Notes: generated from the sequence alone by a model not told the origin. 32,000 nt of DNA from Pyrolobus fumarii 1A (GCF_000223395.1 NC_015931.1:1680001-1712000), one strand, 5' to 3'; counted from the stretch's first letter, positions 23,079 to 31,903 are shown. Numbers and translations are program-made.

Positions 23079-24112
23079 TATCCACAGCACTCGCGGCAGG
23101 CCCTCAACACGTTCTCGAGGTGCTCCGCTAGTCTGCCCTCAGCGAGAGCCTGCTTGAACAACTCTACGCCCTCCCTAGGCTCGCTGACAACACCTGCAGC
23201 GTACAGCGCGAAGCCCGTATTCACGGCTATGAAGTCTGTGTCGTGGGGCGCGCCCTCCCCCTGGAACACCCTCCGTACCCTCTCCACACTCTCCCCCGGG
23301 GTCTCCACGCGGAGCAAGTGAAGCGGGTGTCTCTTCGCGCCAAGCTCCTCGGGGGTATACCTAACCGTGTCCAGTACGCTACCCTTCTCTACGAGCACGA
23401 CGGTAGTGGCGCCGGTCACGCTCACCTCGTCTATACCGGGCTCGCCGTGAACAACGAGCAGTCTCTCGTAGCCTAGGATCGCTCCCGCCTTGGACATCGT
23501 CTCCAGGAGCTGTGGAGACGCCACACCAAGCACCTGTCGCTTCACGAGGCCGGGGTTGGAGAGCGGGCCTACCAGGTTGAAGACTGTGCGTATCCCGAGC
23601 TTCCTCCTCACCGGCATGACCCTCTTCATTGCAGGGTGGTAGCGCGGCGCGTATAGGAAGGCGAAACGCGCCTTCTCCAGCATACACCGAGCCTCATCCG
23701 GCCCATGGTCTATCTTGTACCCGAGCCTCTCGAGGAAATCCGCGCTACCCGACTTGCTGCTAACAGAGCGGTTGCCATGCTTCAGCACATAGGCGCCCAG
23801 AGCCGAGGCTGCAAGAGCAGCAGCAGTAGAAGCGTTGATAGTGTGGCTCCGGTCTCCACCCGTGCCAGCAGTATCAATAGGCTCGACACCAGGCGGGACC
23901 TGCACCTTTACACACGTCTCGCGGAGAGCAGCGGCGAAACCAGCCACGACTTCTGGTGTCTCGCCCCGGGCGCGAAGAGCGACCAGAATGGCGGCTATTC
24001 CTACATCGTCTATGCCGCCCTTCAGCATCATAAGTGCTATCTCACGCGCCTCCTGGTGTGTCAGCCCCGGCCCGCTCAGTATCTTCTCGAGTAGCTCCGG
24101 GAGGCTAGCCAA
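23075..24112 (-). CDS. trpD: Anthranilate phosphoribosyltransferase family protein
   Basis: Motifs DTAGTGGD, TINASTAAALAASALG and KHGNRSVSSKSGSADFLE. No other trp biosynthesis gene is in the window. Confidence 0.85.
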   Translation of the reverse strand: MASLPELLEKILSGPGLTHQEAREIALMMLKGGIDDVGIAAILVALRARGETPEVVAGFAAALRETCVKVQVPPGVEPIDTAGTGGDRSHTINASTAAALAASALGAYVLKHGNRSVSSKSGSADFLERLGYKIDHGPDEARCMLEKARFAFLYAPRYHPAMKRVMPVRRKLGIRTVFNLVGPLSNPGLVKRQVLGVASPQLLETMSKAGAILGYERLLVVHGEPGIDEVSVTGATTVVLVEKGSVLDTVRYTPEELGAKRHPLHLLRVETPGESVERVRRVFQGEGAPHDTDFIAVNTGFALYAAGVVSEPREGVELFKQALAEGRLAEHLENVLRACRECCGY

Positions 24113-24346
24113 GCTGCGGGCCCCACCCCGGTGGGAGCGGTTTTACGCTATTAAGATGGTCTGACCGACCTGGGCACAACGAGCCAGTAGAGGCATGGGG
24201 AGCCAGGCCTGTGCCTCTTGACCGGGTGCCGCTTGGCGACTATGAGCGTAGGTATCCTTTTCTTGAGCCGAGGAGCCTAATTCTAAATGCTACGGGTGAG
24301 CTGTTTGAGAAGATTCGTGCCGACGCCACCAAGGAGACCCGAGGGT

Positions 24347-25264
24347 ATGCGCTGGCTGCGTAGCGACGGCAAGCCAAACATCAGCGACCGGATATACAAG
24401 GTTGAGGGCGACGCGCAGATAATGGCCACTAGGCCGGTTTACACCACCGCCAAGACATCCCCGGTGCTAGAGGCTGCCGAGCTCATAGCGTACAGGTGGG
24501 TTAGGGCGCTACCCGTCATACACCCGGGCGACAAGACGCTCGTCGGTATAGTGACTGCGATGGACATGGTGAACTACTTCGGGGGCGGCGAGTACTACAA
24601 CATAGTGCAGAATAGACACAAGGATAACATCTTCCACGCGCTGCGCCTAGAGCCAGTCGAGAGCATAATGAACCCGAACCCTGTCACCGTTGGGCCGGAG
24701 GCCAAGCTACCCGACATAATAGAGAAGATGGTTGTCCACAACATCGGCGTCCTACCGGTAGTGTTGCCAGACGGCCGCGTCTATGGCATAATCACAGAGC
24801 ATGACATCGTTGAGAGGCTTATCGAGAAGAACGTGGGAAGGCGCGTAGAGGAGGTGATGAGCAAGAACGTCGTGACGATAGACAAGAGGGCTACGGTGAA
24901 GGAGGCCGCTGAGACCATGGTAAAGTTTGGCTTCAGGAGGCTGCCGATAGTTGACGAGGAGACCGGAGAGATATGGGGCATGATAACAGCCAAGGATATT
25001 GTGAGGTACTTTGGCCGCCATGATGCGTTCAGCAACGCGCCGTCCGGCAAGATGAGCGAGGCTCTATCCGTGCCGGTGACGCTGGTCGGCACCAAGGAGT
25101 TCTACACTATCGAGCCGGAGGCTGACGTTGGCGAGGCTGCGACCAAGATGATGGAGAGGAAGGTTAGCAGCCTACTCGTTGTTAAGGATGGCAAGCTCGT
25201 CGGGATTATAACCGAGAGGGATATACTCTTCGCCGTTGCGACGGCGAAATCCCCGACGGTGTAA
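24347..25264 (+). CDS. Stand-alone protein with four CBS domains (two Bateman modules)
   Basis: Four repeats of the CBS pattern (e.g. VEEVMSKNVVTI, GIITERDIL). ORF track starts at 24287, but the TATA-like TTCTAAAT overlaps that ATG, so the ATG at 24347 with an upstream GAGGGT is preferred. Confidence 0.85.
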   Translation: MRWLRSDGKPNISDRIYKVEGDAQIMATRPVYTTAKTSPVLEAAELIAYRWVRALPVIHPGDKTLVGIVTAMDMVNYFGGGEYYNIVQNRHKDNIFHALRLEPVESIMNPNPVTVGPEAKLPDIIEKMVVHNIGVLPVVLPDGRVYGIITEHDIVERLIEKNVGRRVEEVMSKNVVTIDKRATVKEAAETMVKFGFRRLPIVDEETGEIWGMITAKDIVRYFGRHDAFSNAPSGKMSEALSVPVTLVGTKEFYTIEPEADVGEAATKMMERKVSSLLVVKDGKLVGIITERDILFAVATAKSPTV

Positions 25265-25285
25265 AGCCTCTGGGGGTGGTGGCTC

Positions 25286-26134
25286 GTGGCGAGACTCCCG
25301 AGTGTAGCCGAGCTAGCCAGAACAGACTATCCCGTACTAGACAAGGACGAGACGCTCAGAGCGGCGTGGGAGGCGCTGGAGAAGAAGGATTTCGACAAGC
25401 TCCTCGCCTTTGAGGATGAGAAGCTCGTAGGCATATTGACGCTGCGCGACGTCATGCTAAAGCTCGGCACGGAGAGGACAAGGACAACAGTGCCGGGCCG
25501 CCTCCACATATCATCCTTCATGAGCACGGAGCCCATCATCACGATAAAGCCGGACGCCAAGCTCGACGAGGCAGCACGAATGATACTAGAGAACCACGTG
25601 ACCATAGGCACTGTAGAGGCTAGCATAGGCATACTGCCGGTAGTCGAGGATGGCAAGGTTGTCGGCGTAATCTCAAAGTGGGAGATCGCAAAGTTCGTGG
25701 CAGAGCACGGCGCCGACGCCAAGGCCTCAGACGTGATGACAGTCAAGCCGTTCATACTACGCTGGACTGACCGCGTCCTCCACGCTAGGCAGCTAATGGC
25801 TCAGAATGACATCAGCTTCATCCCGGTCGTCGACGAGGAGGACCACCTTATGGGCTACATAACTGTGTACGAGGTTGCATACGCGCTCATGGCGTTCCAC
25901 GAGATAGTCCCGCTCAAGCACCAGAAGATAAGGATACAGCATCTACTCGTACACGACGTCATGAGGCTTAGGCCGCCACGCGTACAGCCAGACACCCCAC
26001 TAGCAGAAGTCGCAAAGGCGATACTCGAGAAGGGCAGCAGAGGAGCCGTCGTAGTACAAGACGATAAGATCGTGGGCATAGTGACCCTAGACGAGATAGC
26101 AAAGTACGTCGCCTATAACCTGGGCAAGAGCTGA
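25286..26134 (+). CDS. Second stand-alone four-CBS-domain protein
   Basis: Four CBS repeats (ASDVMTVKPFIL, VHDVMRLRPPRV, GIVTLDEI). Starts 21 nt after the previous CBS gene. Confidence 0.85.
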   Translation: MARLPSVAELARTDYPVLDKDETLRAAWEALEKKDFDKLLAFEDEKLVGILTLRDVMLKLGTERTRTTVPGRLHISSFMSTEPIITIKPDAKLDEAARMILENHVTIGTVEASIGILPVVEDGKVVGVISKWEIAKFVAEHGADAKASDVMTVKPFILRWTDRVLHARQLMAQNDISFIPVVDEEDHLMGYITVYEVAYALMAFHEIVPLKHQKIRIQHLLVHDVMRLRPPRVQPDTPLAEVAKAILEKGSRGAVVVQDDKIVGIVTLDEIAKYVAYNLGKS

Positions 26135-26237
26135 GCACGAGCCCCGCATCTTCTCCCTCTCTAGACTCTTTTACTCCTCGACCTTGTCCGAACCCACATA
26201 GACCACATAAGTCACGATTATAGCAGCGTGCGTCTCG

Positions 26238-27428
26238 CTATGTACCCCTTCCGGTGCTGCTACCGGACACCGCCCATGTCGGCCTAGCCTCCTCCACACT
26301 CCTCCCTTTACGTCTCGGTGTGGTAGCAGCGGCTAGTATGGGGACTGCGTAGGCTACGAGCCCGCAGGGCAGAGCGACTAGAGGCTGCGCCAAGACCGGT
26401 GCTATCATCGAGCCTATGTTGGAGAGCGTGTTGGAAACCCCTACCATCGTCGCTGGCGCGCCTAGCTTCTTACCCTCCATCGCCGCAGTCATCCTCGCAA
26501 GTGGAACTACGCTAGAGGAGAACGCCAGGTATGCCGCTGCGGCGGCAGCAGCAACTATCCCATCGAAGATTGAGAGACTGGCTAGGCTAGCGGCTATCGA
26601 TATGCTGGTCACGAGTAGCGCTCGGTTCAAGCTTGTTGCGTCGGCGAGCGCCCCGACAAGCAGCTTTGACGGTATGCTGGCTAGCCCGCCGGCAGCTAGG
26701 GCGTATGAGGCAGTGTACCTGTCAACACCCTTGTAATCCACGAGTACAGGGTATAGCACCTGCGAGTTTAGGCCCACGGAGAACCCGCTTGCCAGATTGA
26801 CTAGCAGTGCCCTCCTAGCCTTCAATAGTAGCGCGAGCGTCTCCCTCCATGCTCCCATGCTAGCCTCTTGCCTCGTCGAGCCTAGCGTGAGGCTCTGGAA
26901 CCCGGCTAGGAGGACCGCTCCCGCAGCCATGTAGAGCATAGATGCTGTCATGAATACTCTGCTAACGCCTTGCGATGCTAGAGTTGGGTATAGGGCTCTC
27001 CCTAGCGATATCCCTATCGAGCCTAGCGCGAAGTACACCGAGAGTATCAGTGTAGAGCCACGCGAGTGTAGAGCGACGCTCGTCTGCACTAGAGGCCATG
27101 TGAGCCCCGCTAGGATACCCTGCAACCCCGCCAGTATCGTGAGGAGCACCGGGTCCTTAGTCAACCCCTGGGCATAGACAGTAGCGGCTATGCCGAATAG
27201 GGCTAGACCCGGTAGCCTCCTTGCGAGCGTCACCCGCCTCTCGTAGATGAAGCCGGATACTGTTGCCGAGAAGCCTCTACCGGCGAAGAACGCCGAGAGA
27301 GCCAGCCCCGCGTAGAACAGGCTACCAACTTCGATCCCGAGCACCTCTCCCAACGCTAACCTAGTCGACCCGAATGCAACCGTAGCCAGCATTACAGCTG
27401 CAAACGCGGCTAACAGTACACTATCCAA
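26238..27428 (-). CDS. Major facilitator superfamily transporter
   Basis: About 12 predicted hydrophobic segments, an MFS-like basic loop between helices 2 and 3 (YERRVTLARR), and TTG start. Confidence 0.75.
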   Translation of the reverse strand: MDSVLLAAFAAVMLATVAFGSTRLALGEVLGIEVGSLFYAGLALSAFFAGRGFSATVSGFIYERRVTLARRLPGLALFGIAATVYAQGLTKDPVLLTILAGLQGILAGLTWPLVQTSVALHSRGSTLILSVYFALGSIGISLGRALYPTLASQGVSRVFMTASMLYMAAGAVLLAGFQSLTLGSTRQEASMGAWRETLALLLKARRALLVNLASGFSVGLNSQVLYPVLVDYKGVDRYTASYALAAGGLASIPSKLLVGALADATSLNRALLVTSISIAASLASLSIFDGIVAAAAAAAYLAFSSSVVPLARMTAAMEGKKLGAPATMVGVSNTLSNIGSMIAPVLAQPLVALPCGLVAYAVPILAAATTPRRKGRSVEEARPTWAVSGSSTGRGT

Positions 27429-27468
27429 GTCTAGACGCCAAGCGCAACCGGGCTACAAGCACAGAGTT

Positions 27469-27915
27469 TTAACCAGATTCCTGGTTGGAACGAAGCTCCT
27501 CAAGCACCTCGCCAGCCACGCGTCTTATCGTCTGTACATTCGGGAGGCCATTCACCGTCCTGGCGTGGAGCGTTACAGTCAGCTCCCCCTCCTCAGGGTC
27601 GTACGCCACGTCATACTCCTCTATACCCTCGAACTCCTCCCCCTCCTCTATACGAAGCCCGAGGATCGCATCCACCTCGTCGGGGTCCAGCCCCTTCGGC
27701 GCCGGGATGGTGACGGTCAATTCCACCCCATCCGGCGAGATATCCACATAGAGCCTCTCGTAGTCCTCGCCCCCGCCCGCCTGCACCACTATCCTAGGCC
27801 CCTCCGGGTCAACCTCAACACTCTCAATAGTATCGATGCTAAACCCGAGCTTCTGCGACAAGGGCGAGAGAAACCTCTCCATGAGCTTTGCAAGCCTCTC
27901 TATACGCTCGCTCAT
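27469..27915 (-). CDS. Acidic hypothetical protein
   Basis: ORF track extends to 27996, which leaves only 23 nt to the divergent gene. The ATG at 27915 (MSERIERLAKL...) is more plausible. The protein is very rich in D/E and has no recognisable motif. Confidence 0.5.
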   Translation of the reverse strand: MSERIERLAKLMERFLSPLSQKLGFSIDTIESVEVDPEGPRIVVQAGGGEDYERLYVDISPDGVELTVTIPAPKGLDPDEVDAILGLRIEEGEEFEGIEEYDVAYDPEEGELTVTLHARTVNGLPNVQTIRRVAGEVLEELRSNQESG

Positions 27916-28019
27916 CCTGCTAAACCCCAGTGGTAAGGGCGCGACAGTGACGCCTAGAATACCCCTAATGGTGCGGGGGGAGTCCCACGCTGACACTCGT
28001 CCGTGTCTAGACTGTTCCG

Positions 28020-29081
28020 GTGGATGGAAAGCGTGTAGAAGTTGTAACCCTCTACGCTACCATGCTCGTCTTGGGGCTTGGCTTGCTCCTAGTGGATAGG
28101 GTGGCTGTTGCCAGGGTTGCTAGGATATTCTCGCGTGTCGCGCCGAGGGTTTCGCTCGACGACTTCACTGATCCTAGGTTCTACCCGCCGCGCGGCTACG
28201 ACGAGGAGCTAACAGCCATGTATTTCCTGGCGATGGTAGCCATAGACCATAGGTTGAGTAGGCCTGGGCGCCCCTACGGGGGGCTTGTTGACGGCGAGTG
28301 GTACCATGGCGCTGATCTGCTCTACGCGTTGGGCGCCCGTAGGCTCCGGGAGGAGCCTGGCTTCTTCGAGGCTCGTAGCTTGGCACGCCTAAGCGACGAG
28401 GAGGTTAGAAAGTGGCTCACGAGCGATGATGGCGCGACGCCACCGGATCCTGGTGTCCGTGCGGCTCTCCTCCGGGATCTTGGGAGGAAGCTCCTAGAGC
28501 TGTTCAATGGCTCCGCGCTGAGGCTCCTCGAGGAGGCTGGCGGGTGGCTCCGGAGGCACCCAGAGCCAGGCCGAGGCCTGCTCGACAACCTCAGAGTGTT
28601 CCTCGCTTATAACGACCCGGTTGAGAAGAAGAGTCACCTTCTGGCTAAGTTCCTGGAGCGCAGGGGGCTGTTCAGGGCTAGGGATGCTTGGCACAAGCAC
28701 GTCCCCGTGGATAACCATGTGGTTAGGCTCGCGGTTAGGATGGGCATAGTGAAGCCTCTCGACGGCGCCCAGGAGCTATTCACGCCCAACGCGCCGCCGG
28801 TCAACGACGAGACCGACGTGTACATCCGGATGGTTGTGCGGCGAGCATGGGATCTCGTCGCGAGGGAGGCGGGGCTAGACCCCTACATCCTGGACGACCT
28901 GCTGTGGGCTGGCGGCAGGAAGTGCTGCCCCAGAGACAAGCCAGCATGCCTAACCGGCTGTACACCGGCGTGCGAGAAGCTCGGCTACTGCGAGAGCGGA
29001 GCGTGCGTCTTCCGCGGGGTCTGCAAGCCCGACGCTCATAGGCTAACGGAGCACAACTTCATAGACACCTGGTGGTACTAG
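28020..29081 (+). CDS. HhH-GPD-superfamily N-glycosylase-like protein (AGOG / Qng1-DUF2419-like) with Cys-rich C-terminal extension
   Basis: VEKKSHLLAKF...HVPVDNHVVRLAVRMGIV...AWDLVAREAGLDPYILDDLLWAGGR parallels the AGOG segment ...EQKT...IPVDYRVARL...IWDAVARETGIPPLHLDTLLW as recalled. A block of 8 Cys in about 40 aa follows, and the protein ends NFIDTWWY. The start may be the ATG at 28062. Confidence 0.55.
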   Translation: MDGKRVEVVTLYATMLVLGLGLLLVDRVAVARVARIFSRVAPRVSLDDFTDPRFYPPRGYDEELTAMYFLAMVAIDHRLSRPGRPYGGLVDGEWYHGADLLYALGARRLREEPGFFEARSLARLSDEEVRKWLTSDDGATPPDPGVRAALLRDLGRKLLELFNGSALRLLEEAGGWLRRHPEPGRGLLDNLRVFLAYNDPVEKKSHLLAKFLERRGLFRARDAWHKHVPVDNHVVRLAVRMGIVKPLDGAQELFTPNAPPVNDETDVYIRMVVRRAWDLVAREAGLDPYILDDLLWAGGRKCCPRDKPACLTGCTPACEKLGYCESGACVFRGVCKPDAHRLTEHNFIDTWWY

Positions 29082-29226
29082 AGCCAGTGCCACACCTCCA
29101 TACACTCCGCATGAAACTGCCCGCCGGAGATCACCTTATCGAAGATGATGCGTCTAGCTACATGCTCCGGGGAGAGCGGTAGACGCTATTAGGCTCGGAT
29201 CATATCCATGAGCTAGTGAGCCTGGC

Positions 29227-29562
29227 ATGACAAGCACTAGAAACGAGTCGGTCGACCGCGCGAAGATGCTCCAAGAGTGGAGAGCGTGGGTCGAGAGGAT
29301 AGCGAGGGCAGCAGCCAGGATACTGCCAGACGTCGAGGTGTACGCGTTTAGAGGCAAAGCTGGCAGAGAAACCAGCGCCATAAACGTGCTGATAGTATCC
29401 AATAACGTGCCGGGCTGCTTCCTCGAGAGAGCCTCGCTAAAAGCAAGGATCGAGGAGGCGGCCGGCCTACCCTACAACCACCCCTTCAGGATACACCTCA
29501 TGGGTAGACGCGAAGCCGAGTTCTACAAGCACAACATCCAGGGGATCGACAAGATACTCTAG
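29227..29562 (+). CDS. Minimal nucleotidyltransferase (MNT)-like protein with catalytic residues replaced
   Basis: VEVYAFRGKAGRETSAINVLIVS aligns by eye to the MNT consensus vylFGSrArGe...SDiDllvv. GS is replaced by RG, and the two Asp by Ala and Asn. Confidence 0.55.
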   Translation: MTSTRNESVDRAKMLQEWRAWVERIARAAARILPDVEVYAFRGKAGRETSAINVLIVSNNVPGCFLERASLKARIEEAAGLPYNHPFRIHLMGRREAEFYKHNIQGIDKIL

Positions 29563-29718
29563 CATGGTAGTGCCAAGAGCGAACAGCGCAATGCAAGGCA
29601 AATACCGTGTTATTGGCGCGAGTATTCTATGCTATCGAGGCTATCGAGGTTCTCCTCCCATGCTAACTCTCTTCGAGAAGAGATAGGCCTTGTGGCGATG
29701 AACGCCGCACACCATGCT

Positions 29719-30162
29719 CTAGCTTCTGTTGCTGGGTTGCGGCGACGTGTACACCCTTAACCCTAGAGTCTCTTCTATGGTAGTGCTCTTCGCTACTATA
29801 TCCCGGTCAAAGGTTGCTATCCCCTCGGCTCCGAGCAGATACGCAGATACAACGTGGAGGAGATCGAGTGTGCGGAGCCGCAGGACATGCGCATATCTCT
29901 GGGCCTCTGCGAAGAGCTTTACACACTCGACCTGTTCTACCCTGGCCCCCAGCGTAGCCAGCGAGTACTCCACGATAGCCTCCAGTTCTATGTCGTTCAC
30001 CTTCATAACCCGGCTATAGACCGCGAAGAGCTCGAGCACCACAAGCTGTGATGCTACTAGCCCGCGGCTCCGGAGCCTTGCAACGAGCCTCTCTGCAGCC
30101 TCGTGCAGAGGGTCCCTCCTGTTAACATATGACACTACGACGTTCGTATCCACGTATATCAA
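29719..30162 (-). CDS. vapC: PIN-domain toxin (VapC)
   Basis: MIYVDTNVVV (Asp5), VLELF (Glu), LDLLHV (Asp) and TFDRD (Asp). Overlaps the upstream antitoxin gene by 4 nt. Confidence 0.85.
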   Translation of the reverse strand: MIYVDTNVVVSYVNRRDPLHEAAERLVARLRSRGLVASQLVVLELFAVYSRVMKVNDIELEAIVEYSLATLGARVEQVECVKLFAEAQRYAHVLRLRTLDLLHVVSAYLLGAEGIATFDRDIVAKSTTIEETLGLRVYTSPQPSNRS

Positions 30163-30413
30163 CGGGCTCGCTCCTCCTCCACATCCTTTACAGTTGGCAG
30201 GTCAGTGTAGGGGAGACCATTCTTCATGAACTCCTCGACAAGCCTCCTCACAGCCTTCCTGCGCTCCACTAGCCTCTTCACCTCCCGCAACCCCATCTCT
30301 ATCATCATGTTATACGCGTGGTTCCTGCTACGTGCCAACCCCAGCCTAACCATCTCCTCAGCAAGCTCGGCAATCTCCCGGCGAACCTTGATCGTAACAG
30401 CTACGAGTGTCAT
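30159..30413 (-). CDS. vapB: Ribbon-helix-helix antitoxin (VapB-like)
   Basis: MTLVAVTIKVRREIAELAEEMVRLGLARSRNHAYNMMI has a beta-alpha-alpha RHH pattern. ORF track extends to 30509; the ATG at 30413 is preferred. Confidence 0.7.
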   Translation of the reverse strand: MTLVAVTIKVRREIAELAEEMVRLGLARSRNHAYNMMIEMGLREVKRLVERRKAVRRLVEEFMKNGLPYTDLPTVKDVEEERAR

Positions 30414-31212
30414 AAGACGGTGCACCCAGGGTACACCTAGGGTATCCCCACTAGCTATCAACCTTCCCGCTTGCTCAACAGGCGACGCATACCTGGCAAG
30501 CTGGACCAAGGCATTAAGAGGCGCTTAGGGCTCGGAAAACGCTCGAGACATAACAATCATTTTAGCCCTCATGAAGCATACCCTAATTTCAGTCGTAACA
30601 TAACTGTAGCTTACTAGCTACTGCCTCTGATGTCGCGTTGAGGAAGGCTATATAGTCTATGGTGTGGCATGCTTCGCTCCGCTTGACGCGTAGTTTAACT
30701 TGGGCTACGCATCTAGGGTCGTAGAGGGCTGAGGCTTACGTTGACTATATGTTTGTCTGCTTGTTAGGAGACTGTGTGAGGAAAAGTCTCGTCTTGTTGT
30801 CGTCGAGCATCTCATGCTATCGGTTTGTTTGGAGGCGTCTTCCTCGGAGTGCGTCAGGGGGTGGAGCAGTAGTCTCGAAGATACGTTGTCCTCTTGGAAT
30901 TGTGTTGTTAGAATCTATCGGAGTCTCGTTATCTCGCTTTTGCCTTGCCCATGGCCTCGATAGTCAGGGAGAGTTGATGCACTGAAAATCAGCCACGGGA
31001 GTGAAGGCGCACTCAATCCTTCAATAAACAACTTGAAACACGTGCAGCCCAAGACGATACCGCCAACAATTACCGCCAAGCAACCATTCAAAAATCAAGT
31101 CATACTCGACACAACAAATCTTTATATCGCCTACCTATACCCGCAACTGCTTCTGACAACCCATCTGGTTTAGCTTGTGTCCGAGTTAAAGCTGGACTAG
31201 ACGCTTCTAAGG

Positions 31213-31655
31213 TTAGGGAATCACCCGGAGCCAGGGTACTCTCTTGAAATCTTCGTCAAAGGTTAGGATCGTGTCTATGCCGTAGTGTCTACACGTTAGG
31301 GCTATGATTGCATCGCTTGGAAGCAGCCTATAATTTAGCAGGGTCTCGTAGAGCTCCTGCTCGGTGTAGACGCTCGGCACTATCCTTATCTCTAGCCTTC
31401 TAATCAGCTCTTTAACCGCATTGACAACCTCTCTTGGATAGCCGTGCTTCTTTATCCACCTCCTTACAGAGTACAATCCTTTCACTCCATGCTTACGTTC
31501 TAGGTAGTGTACCGTAGAAACATGGATTATCTCATTGTGAACTGTATAATCGATGGTATAGTCTCAGGGTTTTCCTCTAAAAGTGTCAACACTTCCTCCA
31601 TTCTAGGCGTCTTGTGGAGGATATGATATAATATGCTGGTGTCCAGGAAGATCAC
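31213..31655 (-). pseudogene. Frameshifted PIN-domain toxin gene (vapC)
   Basis: A GTG at 31655 overlaps the antitoxin stop (GTGA) and gives VIFLDTSILYHILHKTPRMEEVLTLLEENPETIPSIIQFTMR then stop at about 31527. The rest of the PIN domain (..YTVHNEIIHV...SDAIIALTCRHYGIDTILTFDEDFKRV) continues in another frame, which is the ORF-track 31213..31485. Confidence 0.7.
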
Positions 31656-31903
31656 AGCTGCCAAGCCTCCTCTAGATATCTCTCCAGCTCCTCATCGTTA
31701 GACTCTCCGAGAACTCCGATTAAATCCCTCAGCTTCTCTCTTAGACTCCTCTCGATCCTCACCTTCACCTCCTCACCCTCCCTCAACTCAACATGCTCTA
31801 AGAGTTTTAACACGCCCTTCTCATACTTGGCCTTAACAACTCTAGACAATTCAACCCCCACTATCTCACAGTTGCTAATACCAATACGCCTTACCAGCCA
31901 CAC
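31652..31903 (-). CDS. DUF104/AF2212-type antitoxin-like protein
   Basis: VKAKYEKGVLKLLEHVELREGEEVKVRIE is the family hallmark and is paralogous to the 7073-7264 product. The true start is probably an internal GTG or TTG near 31860. Confidence 0.7.
   Translation of the reverse strand: MWLVRRIGISNCEIVGVELSRVVKAKYEKGVLKLLEHVELREGEEVKVRIERSLREKLRDLIGVLGESNDEELERYLEEAWQL

Noticed and set aside
29631-29648. Tandem GCTATCGAG x2 as a CRISPR or microsatellite feature
   Set aside because: There are only two 9-nt units and no spacer-repeat periodicity. No CRISPR-like arrays were seen anywhere in the window.
30749-30985. 78-aa ORF in the 30.5-31.2 kb spacer
   Set aside because: It has a Cys/Leu/Ser/Val-rich translation of GT-rich DNA, no promoter or ribosome-binding context, and no motif. 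I treat it as non-coding.
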